Shown in pieces: positions 9,618 to 20,163 of a stretch of 64,000 bases of DNA. The notes below the pieces were generated by a model that searched no databases, was not told the origin of the DNA, and was given only the letters and a program-made list of their open reading frames with translations. Numbering within the stretch: position 1 is the stretch's first letter; the number at the start of each line of letters is the position of its first letter. The position numbers and the translations under genes were made by a program. Origin of the DNA: Candidatus Aenigmatarchaeota archaeon (lineage in GTDB: Archaea; Aenigmatarchaeota; Aenigmatarchaeia; Aenigmatarchaeales; JACQIB01); assembly GCA_016198755.1 (NCBI GenBank), contig JACQIB010000004.1, positions 160,001 through 224,000 on the forward strand. Reading direction: 5' to 3'.

Positions 9618-10778
9618 CTACCGCAGTATTACGGGAATGCCCAGTTCGCTCTCTCTTGCTCTGGCGACTTCAGCCTTTTCCATAGGTCCTAGGAGGTATG
9701 GGCTTTTTACTCCAGTGACTATTGCAATCACTTGGACTTTACCTGTGTATTCAGGCAATACCCTCGCTCCCCAGATAACCTGTGCTTCCGGGCTGAGTCT
9801 CTTGCTTATCAATTCACCAGCTTCATTTATCTCAGCTAGAGTGCAGTCTGGTCCGCAAACCACATGTACTAGTGCTCCCAAAGCTCCCTGGTAATCTACC
9901 TCGAGCAATGGATGGTTTATGGCTTTCAGTACAGCATCCTTTATCCTTGTCTGGGAATCAGATTCCCCAACGCAGATTGCTGAAACTCCTCCGCAGCTCA
10001 TTATAGCCTTTACATCTGCGAAGTCTAGATTTACGAGTGATGGTACTGTTATTGTTTCTGTTATTCCCTTTATCATCATTGAGATTAACTCATCTGCAAG
10101 GGCGAATGCTTGTGCTAGAGGCATTGAGCCTGCATACTCAAGCAATTTCTGGTTCTCTATTACAACAACTGTATCAGTGACTTGGCGCAGCTTGGAAAGA
10201 CCATCTTCTGCTTTCTGTATCCTTGTACCTTCCATTTTGAAAGGCATTGTAACTGCTCCAATAACTATTGCTCCTAAACTCTTTGCAATCTCTGATATAA
10301 CTGGTGCAGAACCTGTTCCTGTTCCTCCACCTAGACCAGCTGTTACAAAGACAAGGTCAGCTCCCTCAAGAGCCTGTTTTACCTGTGTCCTGCTCTCAGT
10401 TGCTGCCTTTTCTCCTACCTGTGGGTACCCACCAGCTCCTAACCCTCTGGTTGTATCCTTTCCTATAAGGATTTTCTTATGAGCTTTTGTGATTGAAAGG
10501 TGCTTTGCATCTGTATTCAATGCAATAATCTCTGCTCCTGCTGCCCCAAGATCTGTTAACCTTGTTACAGTGTTGCAGCCTCCTCCTCCACAGCCAACTA
10601 CCATTATTTTGGCTTTGTGCATTTGGAGATCAAACTCCTCTTCAACTCTCTTCTCCCAATCTTGAGAAGCTACATCTTCTATTCTGCCTTGTACTCCCGG
10701 TGAACGGGCTGTTGTTTGCGCTGGCCCAGAGCCGAAAGCCCTGTCAAACGCTGAACTTACTAGGGATGAATTCGCCAT
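9618..10778 (-). CDS. ftsZ: cell division protein FtsZ
   Basis: VVGCGGGGCN, GLGGGTGTG tubulin signature, NLDFAD T7 loop. Confidence 0.97.
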   Translation of the reverse strand: MANSSLVSSAFDRAFGSGPAQTTARSPGVQGRIEDVASQDWEKRVEEEFDLQMHKAKIMVVGCGGGGCNTVTRLTDLGAAGAEIIALNTDAKHLSITKAHKKILIGKDTTRGLGAGGYPQVGEKAATESRTQVKQALEGADLVFVTAGLGGGTGTGSAPVISEIAKSLGAIVIGAVTMPFKMEGTRIQKAEDGLSKLRQVTDTVVVIENQKLLEYAGSMPLAQAFALADELISMMIKGITETITVPSLVNLDFADVKAIMSCGGVSAICVGESDSQTRIKDAVLKAINHPLLEVDYQGALGALVHVVCGPDCTLAEINEAGELISKRLSPEAQVIWGARVLPEYTGKVQVIAIVTGVKSPYLLGPMEKAEVARARESELGIPVILR

Positions 10779-11163
10779 TCAAACCCCCTCCTTTTTCCTG
10801 GTTTCCCAGTGTTGTCGTGTGTGCCAGAGCACACTGGTTTTGGAAATCTCTACTGCGGAAGCGAAATGCTTTTAAAGCACTGTTGTTAATCTTACTGTAC
10901 GCAGAAATCTTTTTGGAACACCAATTCCTGAGAGATACTTAACACTGTTCAACCAGAACCCAGTCTGCACAAACAAAATCGCGCCAACGATTTTGAACCA
11001 AACTCTGCGCCAACAGAGATATGGAAAAGTACTATTATAGTTTTACTCAGCCTATTTAAATAGTTTCTGACACGTCAAAATAGATTTTACAGTATATACT
11101 TCGTGCTTTTTTATTTTATTATAAAACTATTCTATCAAACTATTTATACAAAAAAAGAAATAT

Positions 11164-13365
11164 TTAGAAAAATTTGTGGAAAAATTCTATAATCAAAGAT
11201 TGTATATTTATTTCTTTTTCAAATTTTAATGTAAAGGCTCCTGTTGCGCTGGAAGTTCTTGCCTGCTGTGCTGCAGCCAGCATTTCCGGTGAAACCCCAT
11301 CCACAGCAGGAGCTCCTGAATTATACCAGGCTTCCCAGCTTGTAAATCCTGCTGGAGGAGCCGGTTGATTATAAGGCTGTGGGGCAGGCATTGGAAGTGT
11401 TGTTGGAACAATTATTGTTGTGGAAGTGGTTGTTGTAACTGAAGGCAATAAAGGCTGGATTTGCTGTGCAGAGTGTGCAGCATTTACCCAATCCTGCGGT
11501 ATCCCATCTCCTGCAGGTGCTCCAGCATTATACCATTCCTGCCAGCTTGAGAAACCAACAGGAGCCTCGGGGATAGTAGAAGGAACAACTGGAGGAACTG
11601 TTGTGGGAATTGGTGTAAATATTGTTGTTGGAACAGTTTGAACATTGTTTGTAACAGGAATTAATGTAGTTTGTGTGGTTGCGATGGACTCCCTTGCTCT
11701 TGTAACAATATCGCTTGAAACCCCCTCAACAGCAGGAGCTCCTGAACTATACCAATCCTGCCAGCTCGAGAAACCTGCTGGAGGAGCTGGTTCCTGTTGA
11801 GCTGGAATAACAGCTTTGTCTGACGGACAACCTTGAACCCAGCCTTCAGGAAGGCAGTTGTTTGGGAATGTTGAACAAACTAAACTAACAGGATTATAAG
11901 CCTGTGTTATAACCTGCATACATTTCTGTAATATAACAGTGGTTGTTGTTACAGGCGGAAGCCCATGTGCCATAGCATAGACTTCACTTGGTACATCTGG
12001 TAGGTTAGGAGATCCTGCTGACTGCCAGTCCTGCCATGAAGAAAACCCTTTCGGAGGCTGAAGATTGATAGATTTCTGTGCAAGCGAACGTGCAAAGTTC
12101 TCATAATCTGTCCAGCTTGCAAACCCTTCAGGAGGGGTTTGAGGCGGGGAACCAGGGATATAGGGCTTTCCAGCAGCTTCCCAGTCTGCAACAGAACTAT
12201 ATGGGAAAGAAGGATTTCCAGTTTTTAATCCCTCTGAAGAAACCATATCAGAAGGCGTTGGGACCGCTGTTAAGGTAGGTTCTGAACGCCTCTCAGGCAT
12301 ACTTTCTAAGTATTTTTGCATATCAGCAAGCATTGTTTTCTTTTGCTCCAAATCAAAAGAGCTTAAGCTCTCTTCTGGTATACTTTTTATAAGCTGGTAT
12401 ATATTTTCTGCCTCTCTTATACCAACTCCTGTTTCAGTCGGAGACATAACCATTCCAGAATTAGCAAAAATCCTTGAACATTCCTCAGCTGTCTTTCCAG
12501 AACATTCAACAGGCCTGTCTTTCTCATAAGCTTCTTTTGCAGCTTTCTGCACAATCTCCTTCAGTGAAACAGTCTGGAAAACAGCAAAAGGCGTTGGATT
12601 ATCCACTATTTTCTTATCAAGATCCATACAGGCTTGCTGATCTCCCTGAAACCCGCATTTTAATGCATTTTCACTGTTATGTACGCAAATATCCCTATAT
12701 TCTTTAACAAGTATAGCAGAACAGTCACACTTCCCTGAAGATACACAGTTCTGTACAACTCCAGTAACAGCCTGTTCAGAATCCTTCTCAACTGCTTTTA
12801 CTTCACTCTCAACAAACCTTCTTACCCCATCACTTGCTTTAGTTCCAGAACAATATGGGTCTGATTTAACGGCTTCTATGCTCTGTTTAGCAAGAGAACC
12901 GCAATATTCAGCAGCTCTTACAGCAGCTTCAGCTGAAACCATCATTTTCTCAGATCCTGCAATAGCTCTCTCAGAAAGCTCTTCTGTTGGCAAAGAATCT
13001 CTATTTTTCTGAACAAAACGTATTACTTGATTTGATAAATCCTTTGCATTTTCAGCCAGCTGCGGCGGCAGTTCCCTTTGCGCAATTTCCATAGTTTCAG
13101 TTGAGTGCTGGAGAGCAATTTCAGACTCTGCTGGCTTTCCAGCTTCACTCATCGCACTAGCTTCATACAACCTTTCTTTCGCTATATCCATTGCAAGCAA
13201 AGCTCTTTCATCCCCTGCTGCTATTGACATTGCAATATTGTCCATGAAAACGTCCATCCCATATAGTATATTGTCAGGAGCAATTCCCCCCCTATTCTCC
13301 TGTGCTAATACAGGCATTCCTAAAACAAGTAAACTAACTAAAATCCCAGCAACTGCTTTTTGCAT
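11164..13365 (-). CDS. large secreted/surface protein: DUF5667-like N-terminus, Cys-rich region, Trp-rich repeats
   Basis: Signal peptide; GIAPDNILYGMD...AKERLYEA; repeated PPxGFSSWQDWYxxGAP. Confidence 0.7.
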   Translation of the reverse strand: MQKAVAGILVSLLVLGMPVLAQENRGGIAPDNILYGMDVFMDNIAMSIAAGDERALLAMDIAKERLYEASAMSEAGKPAESEIALQHSTETMEIAQRELPPQLAENAKDLSNQVIRFVQKNRDSLPTEELSERAIAGSEKMMVSAEAAVRAAEYCGSLAKQSIEAVKSDPYCSGTKASDGVRRFVESEVKAVEKDSEQAVTGVVQNCVSSGKCDCSAILVKEYRDICVHNSENALKCGFQGDQQACMDLDKKIVDNPTPFAVFQTVSLKEIVQKAAKEAYEKDRPVECSGKTAEECSRIFANSGMVMSPTETGVGIREAENIYQLIKSIPEESLSSFDLEQKKTMLADMQKYLESMPERRSEPTLTAVPTPSDMVSSEGLKTGNPSFPYSSVADWEAAGKPYIPGSPPQTPPEGFASWTDYENFARSLAQKSINLQPPKGFSSWQDWQSAGSPNLPDVPSEVYAMAHGLPPVTTTTVILQKCMQVITQAYNPVSLVCSTFPNNCLPEGWVQGCPSDKAVIPAQQEPAPPAGFSSWQDWYSSGAPAVEGVSSDIVTRARESIATTQTTLIPVTNNVQTVPTTIFTPIPTTVPPVVPSTIPEAPVGFSSWQEWYNAGAPAGDGIPQDWVNAAHSAQQIQPLLPSVTTTTSTTIIVPTTLPMPAPQPYNQPAPPAGFTSWEAWYNSGAPAVDGVSPEMLAAAQQARTSSATGAFTLKFEKEINIQSLIIEFFHKFF

Positions 13366-13497
13366 ATAATATTTTGTTTCCAGCCTGAATAAAACATACC
13401 CCCATTAGACAGTCGTAGGTTTTGATTTGTCAGACATGTAAATGAAAAATTTGTCAAAATTAAGAAGGTTTAAATAAACTTCTTTCGAACCCTGAAT

Positions 13498-14403
13498 ATG
13501 GGAATGAAACAGGTTTGGAGCGGAGCAATTGGAAGAAAGCCGGATATGGATGCTCTTGCAAAAGAAATCGGAAATCCTCCTATGTACTGTTTTGTCCCGC
13601 GCTACATGATTTCCGGAGGTATGAAAGAGCTGTTCGGAAGCTATTCTCTTACCAATCCTTTTGAAATTTCAATACCTTGGGAGTTGTTTGCTGATCTTTT
13701 AGGTGATACAGATTACAGAATTAATAAATCTGCTTTTTCTGATCCTATAAGAAACGGTGTTAATAGAGGCAACAATTTAGTTGGGATGTATTTTGTTGAG
13801 TATGATGGACTATTGAGGGGAAGCGTTTCTGTTGTCAGCAAAGCAGAGACCAAATGGGGATCCCATTTAATTGCACTGAGCAAGCCACATACAATACCAC
13901 TGACTCCTCATGAGAAAAAACAACTGGAAAAAATTGATGGTTATAGATCACATGCCAGAACGCAACTGGAAGTTATTGGTAGTCATAAATCACGTATAAG
14001 CAGAGAAGCTTTTAATAAATTATCTGGCAATGATAAGGATGGTCTGCTCATAGCTTTATTAGCATCCACACCCTCTGGAGCTGTTATTGAGGATGTTACT
14101 CCTATAGGTAATGTTACTGGCTATGAAGAAGCTGTTAAGGCAGCAGAGTATAACAGAGTTCCTGTATCTGATATAGGAGAAAGGTTCAAAGAACTGGAAG
14201 CAGAGCTTGCAGAATTAAAAACCGCTTACAAAACAGACTTTCCAGATGTTGTTATGTTCAACGGTACTCTTCCAGAAAGATTAAAGGGCACTATTCCAAG
14301 CGAGTTTGGAACAAGGAGAGAAAGGATTTTGGCCAGATTAGGTTCTGAAGCATTTATCAGAGAACTTCGCAGTCAGAAGCTTGCTGCCCCAGTACTTTTA
14401 TAA
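13498..14403 (+). CDS. hypothetical protein
   Basis: 301-aa ORF, TTTAAATA box ~25 nt upstream. Confidence 0.6.
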   Translation: MGMKQVWSGAIGRKPDMDALAKEIGNPPMYCFVPRYMISGGMKELFGSYSLTNPFEISIPWELFADLLGDTDYRINKSAFSDPIRNGVNRGNNLVGMYFVEYDGLLRGSVSVVSKAETKWGSHLIALSKPHTIPLTPHEKKQLEKIDGYRSHARTQLEVIGSHKSRISREAFNKLSGNDKDGLLIALLASTPSGAVIEDVTPIGNVTGYEEAVKAAEYNRVPVSDIGERFKELEAELAELKTAYKTDFPDVVMFNGTLPERLKGTIPSEFGTRRERILARLGSEAFIRELRSQKLAAPVLL

Positions 14404-14430
14404 GCTTTCCATACACAAACTACAGCTTAT

Positions 14431-14516
14431 GCCCGGGTAGCTCAGCAGGAAGAGCGACTGGCTGTTAAATTGCGGAAACCAGTAGGTCGCAGGTTCGAGT
14501 CCTGCCTCGGGCGCCA
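14431..14516 (+). tRNA. tRNA-Asn(GTT) with 10-nt intron at 37/38 (14468-14477), CCA encoded
   Basis: Acceptor GCCCGGG/CTCGGGC, anticodon stem ACTGG/CCAGT, GGTTCGAGTCC T arm; CTGT/GCGG helix with bulge. Confidence 0.93.
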
Positions 14517-14517
14517 A

Positions 14518-15417
14518 TTATTCGTTTACGATAGCTCTATTTACCACGTTTAACCTGTCTGGATGGTTTCTTACTAAAGCTTTGCTGTAGGGATCTGAAA
14601 CCCATATTATTGCAGTTCTGTCAGGAACATTTTCTATAGGGTAAAATTCCGGAGGTGCAAACCCTAACAATTCCAGTTGAGCGCTCATAGCTGTTTCAAT
14701 CTCTCCTATATTATAGTTGTCAGGATCCTTATCAAAGAACGGCTCACATATTTTCCTTGCACCTTTATATCCCTTATCGCCCATTTTTTTCCATCTCTCT
14801 GGCACTGTTTCTAAGAGTTCTGCACAAAGCCTGCTCTTGTCAGGCAGCCACCTATCAAAGGCAGCTTCGAGGACCCCTAACTTCATAAGTTCCTCAGCAA
14901 CACTAAGATCTATAACTTCTGTTCCAAACAAATCACTTACAGCTTTAACATCTTCTTTTTCACAAACCATCCTATAATGGGCGTCACTGCTTCTATTGAA
15001 TGCAGTTAATTGAAGTTGAGCTGCGTTGTAAATGTCCAATAAGTCTTGCTCCCTTAATTCTACTCCGCCACTAATTCTGGGGTGCATCCTCCACAGATAG
15101 GCGTGTGATATATTATCCTGTATACCTGTATTTAGCTGTACAAGCGCTTTTTGAAAGCTATCTTTAACATTATCTGTGAGTCCGCTGGGATTTTTGAAAG
15201 TGCATGGAACAAACCAGGGAAACCCATTTTCTGCCATGTTTATGTGCAAATATTCATGGGAAATATTAGCTGATGTAGGGTTGTTTGTATAAATTACCCA
15301 ATATCCCTGTTCGTATCTTGTATGTGTTTCTGAAACGCCCAAAGGATTTGCAGGCTTCCTTCTAATTTGTATATTTCCCCTAATGCCCAGTTCTTCTTTC
15401 CAGTTTACAGCTGTCAT
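14518..15417 (-). CDS. hypothetical protein with HExxH motif
   Basis: ISHEYLHINM near N-terminus. Confidence 0.55.
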   Translation of the reverse strand: MTAVNWKEELGIRGNIQIRRKPANPLGVSETHTRYEQGYWVIYTNNPTSANISHEYLHINMAENGFPWFVPCTFKNPSGLTDNVKDSFQKALVQLNTGIQDNISHAYLWRMHPRISGGVELREQDLLDIYNAAQLQLTAFNRSSDAHYRMVCEKEDVKAVSDLFGTEVIDLSVAEELMKLGVLEAAFDRWLPDKSRLCAELLETVPERWKKMGDKGYKGARKICEPFFDKDPDNYNIGEIETAMSAQLELLGFAPPEFYPIENVPDRTAIIWVSDPYSKALVRNHPDRLNVVNRAIVNE

Positions 15418-15507
15418 TTGGAAGACTAAACCACAAATCTTTAAATATGCACTGTTGTGTCGCAGGTACCATAAACATTAAATAGTCTGTTTTCCAGAGT
15501 TCTTAGC

Positions 15508-16191
15508 ATGGATTCTGTAATATCCCTTGAGAACGTTGGAAAAGTTTACAGGAATGGAGGGGTTGATACGCCGGCACTTAGCAGTATAAACCTGAAAATA
15601 GGGAAGGGGGATTTTGCTTCAATAATGGGTCCTTCTGGTTCAGGCAAATCTACATTATTGCACATTATAGGAGCATTAGACAAGCCAAGTTCGGGAAAAG
15701 TTATTATTGACGGGAAAGAAGTTTCAAAGTTAAAAGAGCCGGAAATAGCAAAACTGAGGGGGGAAAAGATAGGTTTTGTTTTTCAGTTTTTCAACCTTTA
15801 CCCTACTTTAACAGCCTTAGAGAACGTGGAACTGCCAATGGTTATAGCAGGAAAGGAAAAAAAAGAGAGAGTTAAACGAGCCAAGGAACTGTTGGAAATG
15901 GTTGGGTTAAAAGAAAAGGCAAACAGCTTCCCTTCCCAGCTTTCAGGCGGACAGAAACAGAGAGTTGCGATAGCAAGGGCGCTTGCAAATAATCCATTAT
16001 TTGTGCTGGCTGATGAACCAACTGGAAACCTTGACTCTAAAAGCGGAAAGGATATAATAGATATACTGGAAAATCTGAACAAGAAAGAAGGAAAAACTGT
16101 TGTGATTATAACCCATGACCAGTCAATAGCTTCACATTCGAAACATATAATAAGGATAGAAGACGGAAGAATAGTGGGTGGTGCAAAATGA
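15508..16191 (+). CDS. ABC transporter ATP-binding protein (LolD/MacB type)
   Basis: [39 protein letters not shown]. Confidence 0.95.
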   Translation: MDSVISLENVGKVYRNGGVDTPALSSINLKIGKGDFASIMGPSGSGKSTLLHIIGALDKPSSGKVIIDGKEVSKLKEPEIAKLRGEKIGFVFQFFNLYPTLTALENVELPMVIAGKEKKERVKRAKELLEMVGLKEKANSFPSQLSGGQKQRVAIARALANNPLFVLADEPTGNLDSKSGKDIIDILENLNKKEGKTVVIITHDQSIASHSKHIIRIEDGRIVGGAK

Positions 16192-17420
16192 CTGTATTAA
16201 AATCAATTATAATTGCAATGTCAATAGTTTTAATTTTCTCTTCAGCTGCTATTGCAGCTGCACCTGTAGTCCAAATAACTCTTGTAACAAATCCAATAAC
16301 AGCTTATCCGGGCGGAGACGGCTATATACAGGTAAACCTGAAAAACACTGGCACAGCTTCTGCACTAAATATTAAAGCAACAGTTACACCTCTTGATACA
16401 GGAATTGTTACAGACCAAACACCAATTAATATAGGAGGTTTAGCTGTAGGGGACAGTATTTCACAAACATTCAAGTTTTCAGTTCCTTCAACAACACCAG
16501 CAGGCCTTTACAGGATCCATATTGAAATAAGATATTGTCAGGATACTGGCTGCAGCGATACAGACCAGTATGCAATAATAAATGTGCAGTCGCAGCAAAT
16601 ATTGGAGCTGACTTCTATAACTCCAAATATAGTTAGCATTGGAAGAAATACAACAACTAAATTCAGCGTTTATAACAGTGGTCAGACTGATATCAGCAAC
16701 GTTGTTCTTACATGGCAGGAACAGAACAATCTTATTCTCCCCCTAGGTTCTAGCAACAGGATAGTTCTTCCTATAATACATGCAAACCAGACATTTGAAA
16801 TACCCATAGAAATGGTTACAAGCCCAAGCATTACACCAGGAGCTTATGCACTGAACATAAAAATGGAGTATACAGACAAGAGCGGAATAAAACAAAATAT
16901 CAGTTCAATTGCAGGGGTTATTGTTGGGGGAGCAGGTGATATTGATATTTCAATGCAGGAGTTTTCTGGCAGCACAATAACACTTTCAATAGCAAATATA
17001 GGCGTTAACCCAACAACTTCGGTTTCTATAACTACCCAAGACCAGAAAGATTTTAGGATACTGGGTGCACAGACTGTTTTCCTTAGCAACATGAACCCTG
17101 GTGATTCAACGGTTGCAACTTTTAATGTTGTTCCTCTTGCAAACATAAGCCAAGGAAGTGGGGCAAATCAGGGAGGTAGAACAGGAGGGTTTAGAGAAGG
17201 TGCACAGACATTGCATGTGACACTCTCATATACAGACACATCAGGCTTCAGGCAGAGTGCAGAGAAAGATGTTAAAATAACAGCAGGTGCAGCAGTTTCA
17301 ACGGGGCAAACACAGAGGTTTGGAAGACAGGATAATACAGTATATTATTTTGTTGCAATATTGGTTGCTGTAGTTGTTATTGTTTATGCTTACGTAAGGT
17401 TTAGAAGGAAAAAGGAGTGA
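16188..17420 (+). CDS. COG1361-like S-layer-domain protein
   Basis: Signal peptide, tandem Ig-like NxG repeats, C-terminal TM + RRKKE; sits between ABC ATPase and permease. Confidence 0.8.
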   Translation: MTVLKSIIIAMSIVLIFSSAAIAAAPVVQITLVTNPITAYPGGDGYIQVNLKNTGTASALNIKATVTPLDTGIVTDQTPINIGGLAVGDSISQTFKFSVPSTTPAGLYRIHIEIRYCQDTGCSDTDQYAIINVQSQQILELTSITPNIVSIGRNTTTKFSVYNSGQTDISNVVLTWQEQNNLILPLGSSNRIVLPIIHANQTFEIPIEMVTSPSITPGAYALNIKMEYTDKSGIKQNISSIAGVIVGGAGDIDISMQEFSGSTITLSIANIGVNPTTSVSITTQDQKDFRILGAQTVFLSNMNPGDSTVATFNVVPLANISQGSGANQGGRTGGFREGAQTLHVTLSYTDTSGFRQSAEKDVKITAGAAVSTGQTQRFGRQDNTVYYFVAILVAVVVIVYAYVRFRRKKE

Positions 17421-18691
17421 GCTATCCTATGCGGATAGAAGATATATTTAGGATGTCTTTGAACACAATTCTAAGCAGAAAACTAAGAAGCGGACTGACA
17501 ATACTCGGAATTGTAATGGGTGTTGCAGCTGTTATAGCTCTTGTTTCTATTGGGCAGGGGTTGCAGGAGAGTGTTAACCAGCAGCTAAGCTCTCTGGGCG
17601 GAAACCTTGTATTGATAACCCCAGGAAGTGAACGTGCAACACAGGGGTTTGGCTTTGCTGGTGGGTTTGGAGGGCAGAATTCAAAAACGCTTACTGATTC
17701 TGATTTGAGGATAATAAAAATAATCCCTGGTATTTTGTATGCAACAGGGGTTGTTTCCGGATCTGTCTCACTCGAATATAACAGCCAGAAATCCGAATCA
17801 AGAGCACAGGGAGTTGAACCTGGTGTATGGGAACTTGTGCAGTCTGTTGACCTTGAATCCGGCAGGTTTCTTTCAAAGAGCGATCCAAATGGTGTTGTTA
17901 TAGGCAACAGGGTTGCACACAGCCTTTTTAAAAAGGAAGTTGGAATAAACAGCCAGATAAAGATAAATAACAAAATTTTTCATGTTGTTGGTATATTGAA
18001 ATCTACTGGAGGTTTTATTGGCGGTTCGGGAGATAACAGCGTAATAATATCCAAAACCAGCGCAGATGACATAAATCTTGTAAGTTCAGGGGAAAAGGAC
18101 AGCTATTCTACAATATATGTAAAAACCACAGAAGGTTCTGATACAGAGACAGTTTCAGGCTATATACAAGACAGGCTTAGGTCAAATCATCATGTTTCAG
18201 AGCAAAACCAAGACTTTACAATTAACACTTCCAAAACAATACAGGCGCGCGTTGGTACGATAATAGGCACGATAACTCTTTTTCTTGGAGGTATAGCTGC
18301 AATTTCTCTGTTTGTTGGTGGGGTTGGGATAGCAAACACAATGTTCACATCAGTAATGGAAAGGACAAAGGAAATAGGCGTTCTTAAGTCCCTTGGAATG
18401 GCTAATTCTGATATTCTAAGGATGATACTTGTAGAGTCAGCTCTGTTAGGCCTTATGGGCGGTGCAATAGGAGTATTCTTCGGCACTCTTGCTTCTTCTA
18501 TTATTTCCAGTATAGGTGGTATTTCTCCTGCTGCAGGTCCGCTTGCAGGAAGGGCTGTAGGAACCTATGTATCTCTGGAAATGGTTTTGTTCGCTCTTTT
18601 ATTTTCTGTTTGCGTGGGCGCTGTTTCAGGCTTGTTCCCAGCAAGGCGTGCAGCAAACTTACAGCCAGTTGAAGCTTTGAGATACGAGTAG
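17417..18691 (+). CDS. ABC transporter permease (MacB/FtsX family)
   Basis: RSGLTILGIVMGVAAV, GIANTMFTSVMERTKEIGVLKSLG, PARRAANLQPVEALRYE. Confidence 0.95.
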   Translation: MSYPMRIEDIFRMSLNTILSRKLRSGLTILGIVMGVAAVIALVSIGQGLQESVNQQLSSLGGNLVLITPGSERATQGFGFAGGFGGQNSKTLTDSDLRIIKIIPGILYATGVVSGSVSLEYNSQKSESRAQGVEPGVWELVQSVDLESGRFLSKSDPNGVVIGNRVAHSLFKKEVGINSQIKINNKIFHVVGILKSTGGFIGGSGDNSVIISKTSADDINLVSSGEKDSYSTIYVKTTEGSDTETVSGYIQDRLRSNHHVSEQNQDFTINTSKTIQARVGTIIGTITLFLGGIAAISLFVGGVGIANTMFTSVMERTKEIGVLKSLGMANSDILRMILVESALLGLMGGAIGVFFGTLASSIISSIGGISPAAGPLAGRAVGTYVSLEMVLFALLFSVCVGAVSGLFPARRAANLQPVEALRYE

Positions 18692-18741
18692 GAGTATATA
18701 CAACAAGCAAGTTTATATACTACCTAATAGTGATAATATAT

Positions 18742-19068
18742 ATGCATGAACTCTCTGGAACAGCTAATGGGATAGATGTTTTAAAAGCTGCAATTGATAG
18801 CGTTGGCGGGAAAAGTCAATATTTGGGAAAAGGCAATACTGGTTTCGGTTCCTCTATTTTACATTCTGGGGAGAAAACAACTTCCGTAGTTTGGAATATG
18901 AACGGCGGACAATACAAAATCCGCGTTGAGGGTCCGCAGGAAGGGGAAGTATCAGGATCAATACAGCAAGCTTTGGAAGGCGCTGGAACAGTCTCTTCTT
19001 TAAAACCAAGAGAAATGAACGGACCTTATCTAGTAAACGAGCGCGGAACTCCATTGCTAGAGAGTTGA
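18742..19068 (+). CDS. hypothetical protein
   Basis: TTTATATA box upstream of ATG 18742. Confidence 0.5.
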   Translation: MHELSGTANGIDVLKAAIDSVGGKSQYLGKGNTGFGSSILHSGEKTTSVVWNMNGGQYKIRVEGPQEGEVSGSIQQALEGAGTVSSLKPREMNGPYLVNERGTPLLES

Positions 19069-19078
19069 AATATAAAAT

Positions 19079-20095
19079 TTACAATAGACCTTTTGGAAAG
19101 AAATTCAAGGTAAATTCTTCTGTTGTAATCATTGGTTCAATATCCGTTAAAACTCTGAAAAACTTGTTTTTAATATCTCTTACAAGAGCTTCAGCATTTT
19201 CCTGTTTATCTGTAGCATACCAGAAATATATTTCAGGCCTTCCAATAACTTTGAATGCCAGATGTATGTCATGTGTACTTTTGATATAATTTACAATTTC
19301 TGCTTCTATTTTCTTTGTCATATAACGAAAGTTCATTTGTACAAAATACTGTATAAGGCCTAATTTTTTATGGACAACAAAAGGGAAAAAAGTTCTGATA
19401 ATACCATCATGTACAAGCCTTCTGAAATGGTTTCTTGCTGTTTCCATTGAGCTTCCAGAAGCTTTCCCAAGCTCCTGATAGTTTGCTAGCCCATCCACAG
19501 TATTTAGATGGTGAAGAATCTTTTTGTCTATATCATCCAAAATATATATATTTTCTGTTGGAATCTCTTTATGTATTTTTTTATATGATTTTTTCCTTGT
19601 AAAAATCTGATGATCGAGTTTTATATTTTCCATTAAAGTTTTCGAATCATAAGATTCCAAACTATCTCCAAGAAAAGTTAATACATCATCCAGTATATTT
19701 TCAAATTCTGCGGGTTTTTTAACAAGAAACTGCACAAATAGATCCCATCTGCCGAATATGCTTCCTGCCCAGACAACATTGGGGTGGTTTTTGAAGTACT
19801 CTTTTATTTCTTTTTCTCTTTCAGCAGAAGCTCTAAGTTTAATAAAAACATGATATTGATAAATATCTAATTTCTTATATTCAACAGGAGCGAAAAATTT
19901 CCATATAATTCCCCTTTCCTTGAGTTTTCGTATCCTATATAGTATGGCATTCTTGCTTAAACCGACTTCTTTTGCCATTATTCCGAGAGGAGTCCTTGAA
20001 TTTTCAAGCAAAACAGCTAAAAGCTGCTTATCCTTCTGATCAATATTATATATCATATATGGTATATTATTAAACTGTATATTTAAATCTTTCAT
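19079..20095 (-). CDS. tandem (double) Lrp/AsnC family regulator
   Basis: Two HTH-RAM units: IDQKDKQLLAVLLENSR... and LDDIDKKILHHL... Confidence 0.88.
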   Translation of the reverse strand: MKDLNIQFNNIPYMIYNIDQKDKQLLAVLLENSRTPLGIMAKEVGLSKNAILYRIRKLKERGIIWKFFAPVEYKKLDIYQYHVFIKLRASAEREKEIKEYFKNHPNVVWAGSIFGRWDLFVQFLVKKPAEFENILDDVLTFLGDSLESYDSKTLMENIKLDHQIFTRKKSYKKIHKEIPTENIYILDDIDKKILHHLNTVDGLANYQELGKASGSSMETARNHFRRLVHDGIIRTFFPFVVHKKLGLIQYFVQMNFRYMTKKIEAEIVNYIKSTHDIHLAFKVIGRPEIYFWYATDKQENAEALVRDIKNKFFRVLTDIEPMITTEEFTLNFFPKGLL

Positions 20096-20163
20096 TTTAT
20101 AACATAAATATATCCAATGGCTTTATATAATGAACTGATATATCTACTGTAGAGTGATAAAAT

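Noticed and set aside
9580-10482. Long antisense ORFs opposite ftsZ and other conserved genes
   Set aside because: Shadow ORFs of well-supported genes on the other strand
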